Shown piece by piece: positions 61,685 to 64,000 of a stretch of 64,000 bases of DNA. The notes under the pieces are model-generated. The model did not search any database and was not told the origin of the DNA. It saw only the letters and a program-made list of their open reading frames with translations. Source of the stretch: Eledone cirrhosa (lineage: Eukaryota); the NCBI GenBank assembly GCA_964016885.1, contig OZ024743.1, positions 196,850,001 through 196,914,000 on the forward strand. The letters run 5' to 3'. Positions within the stretch are counted from its first letter, which is position 1. Each line of letters begins with the position of its first letter. The translations under genes were made by a program, and so were the position numbers.

Positions 61685-62499
61685 ATACAAATTAATATAT
61701 GATAAACACTAATACAAGTATATAAGTGTTTGTATTGCAAATGACCAAGTTAGCTAGATTGAAAAATACTAATTAAATTAATACAGTTTGCCTGTCTCGA
61801 TTTAAAATAATAAATCAATAAAAACAAACCCATATTGGCAATAGCCGTGATACCTGGATAAATTTAAATTTCAAAACTCAAATCTGTTTCGCAACAATAA
61901 GTGAAAATTCCATTTCTGTGCTCAGCTGCAGGTATCCAGAAATTGGTATGTTTCACCTCAAAATACTTAGGAAGACTGAGAGAAAATGTGTTGTTGAACG
62001 CACATGTTGTCCCAGCGTCTAGCCGTCCTATACTCATGCCGCCAGAAATAGCAGCCGTTTATATGGGACTAAAAAATTTAGCTCAACATATGGAGCCGAT
62101 AATACTATATATAGAGCCCATATAAACGGCTGCAATTTCTGGCGGCATTAGTATAGGACGGCTAGACGCTGGGACAACATGTGCGTTCAACAACACATTT
62201 TCTCTCAGTCTTCCTAAGTATTTTGAGGTGAAACATACCTATTTCTGGATACCTGCAGCTGAGCACAGAAATGGAATTTTCACTTATTGTTGCGAAACAG
62301 ATTTGAGTTTTGAAATTTAAATTTGTCCAGGTATCACGGCTATTGCCAATATGGGTTTGTTTTTATTGATTTATTATTTTAAATCGAGACAGGCAAACTG
62401 TATTAATTTAATTAGTATTTTTCAATCTAGCTAACTTGGTCATTTGCAATACAAACACTTATATACTTGTATTAGTGTTTATCATATATTAATTTGTAT
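61685..62499. repeat. Large foldback: ~385-bp near-perfect inverted arms with a ~48-bp spacer
   Basis: 61685-62068 is the reverse complement of 62117-62499 with few mismatches. Confidence 0.9.
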
Positions 62500-62579
62500 A
62501 TATATATCTTTGTGTGTGTGTGTGTGTGTGTGTACGAAGCATCAAAAACATCAGATGCTTCGGGAAACTCTTATCCCTA

Positions 62580-62772
62580 TGAAGGGATTTTTGGGGAGAG
62601 GCAAGTCTATTAAATCGACCCCAGTTCATTACTGGTACTTTATTTTATTGACTCCGTAAGGATGAAAGACAAACCTAACCTGGATGGGATTTGAACTCAG
62701 AGCATGGAAAATCGTAACTAAATAGTGCAAAGAGTTTTGTTCGACGCTCTAACAACTGTGCCAATCCACCAC
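62580..62772 (-). mobile_element. tRNA-derived SINE, diverged
   Basis: TGGTACTTTATTTTATTGACTCCGTAAGGATGAAAG...GGATTTGAACTCAG...GCCAATCCACC. Confidence 0.75.
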
Positions 62773-63465
62773 TATTCAAATTATTAATTAATATTAATAA
62801 ACTCTCCTTCGGCCATTAGCTCTCCTGCGTTGGAATTCCATTATTTCTACATGAAATGGCCATTTATTTCAGTTAACAGTAATTTTAATGCTTCATAATT
62901 TTTGTTAGCATTTTCACCATTTACTCTCATAGAATTAATCAATAATCTGATTAGTATCTCCATCAAAATGTTCTCTCATTATTTTATCATCGCTATACTG
63001 CTATGGTTTCTCTATAGTTTTCTGTATAATTCTGTTGTGATTTTAATTCAGAGCGACTAACAATTCACACTGCAGCTGTCATTAATTGTAATTACGTGAT
63101 TTCCAGCTTCCGTGTTGAAATTTGGAAACTAAACAATATTTTTTTTCTTTTTCAGTACATTGAACTTTCTTCTGAACAAACATAGCAACGACTAATTTAT
63201 CTCATCGATTTATAATCAATTTTGCAAGATATGTCGAATGATGATTTAGCGGAAATGATAGAGCACCAGATCGGACCTTTGGCACACATACGAGCTGTCT
63301 TCACTCTGTTGCCTTTTACTACCGCCATTACTGTGGCATTTTCTCTTTGGAGTCGGCTGATCCTATATCACACCAAATCAAGCACTCCCGGCTTATTTCA
63401 TCTCTCTCTCTTTTTTTTTTCTTTCATCATCCATATCGTGTGAATCAGTCTGTATATTCAATCTT

Positions 63466-63498
63466 TCATAGAACGCTGAGCCTCTGAAGTTTCCAATC
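63466..63498 (-). CDS. Candidate terminal coding exon (DWKLQRLSVL*) of an unidentified host gene
   Basis: Strong polypyrimidine tract plus CAG acceptor at 63499-63540. Joins in phase 0 to the upstream candidate exon. Confidence 0.35.
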   Translation of the reverse strand, partial: DWKLQRLSVL

Positions 63499-63968
63499 CT
63501 GCATATGAAGAAAATGGAAAAAAAAAACAAAAAAAAACTAAACGTAATATATCCTGTTATGAGTCATTACATGAATCTGAGGCACCAAATAGTTGCTCCA
63601 ATATCAACTGTTTTAAGAAGTTTAGTGGTTGGTGTTTCACTCCGTCAGGGTCACCAATTTAGTGTAATATCTACGTAACTATAACAACTAATTTTTATTA
63701 AAAAACGGACAAGATATTTTTACATAACACCATGTCGAATGAGAATTAATTCCCATTACAAAGGTAATGATAAAACGTAAGCAGTTTCTCGGAACGAGTA
63801 TCAATATAAGTCTTCATTTTATTGTAGCTCCATGTTATAATTGTTGTAAACAAATATTCTCGTACATAATTAGGCATAGTCCAGATCCATGATAGGTGGT
63901 TAGAGAAAAGTTAACATGCTTGTCTTCAGTGTTGTCAATTCGAAGGAAGGCGCCAAAAGAGAGTATAC

Positions 63969-64000
63969 CTTTGGCGTAACCATGCCTGGCCTTAAGCCAG
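63969..64000 (-). CDS. Candidate penultimate exon end (...GLRPGMVTPK), runs off the window
   Basis: GC-richer open stretch ending AAG|GTATAC. The reading frame is not certain. Confidence 0.3.

Overview
Eukaryotic, extremely repeat-rich DNA. The (TA)n/(CA)n load and the tRNA-derived SINEs suggest a cephalopod such as Octopus; this is an inference. I found no complete host gene, only weak exon candidates. Two large (TA)n-rich zones (~1-23.7 kb and ~33.7-58.7 kb) hold nested retroelements: two Tx1/L1-like LINEs, four RTE-type LINE copies, three Penelope-like elements (PLEs), CRE-like remnants and a non-autonomous LTR element with a tRNA-Trp primer-binding site. The main result is a dense set of type I hammerhead ribozymes (HHRs). 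Two unrelated, near-perfect tandem arrays (310-bp unit at 11.6-17.6 kb; 468-bp unit at 36.4-39.4 kb, plus a ~1.3-unit copy at 22.2 kb) carry one minimal HHR per monomer, so they are candidate non-LTR retrozymes (circRNA-producing retroelements). Both arrays have a head-to-head inversion with the RNA-sense 3' ends running into (TA)n, an architecture also seen in a neighbouring PLE and several small foldbacks. The zones at 23.7-33.6 kb and 58.7-64 kb look like older intron/intergenic DNA with SINEs, MITEs and a Helitron. All YIYI-type ORFs are microsatellite artefacts. All structure and homology calls were made by eye.
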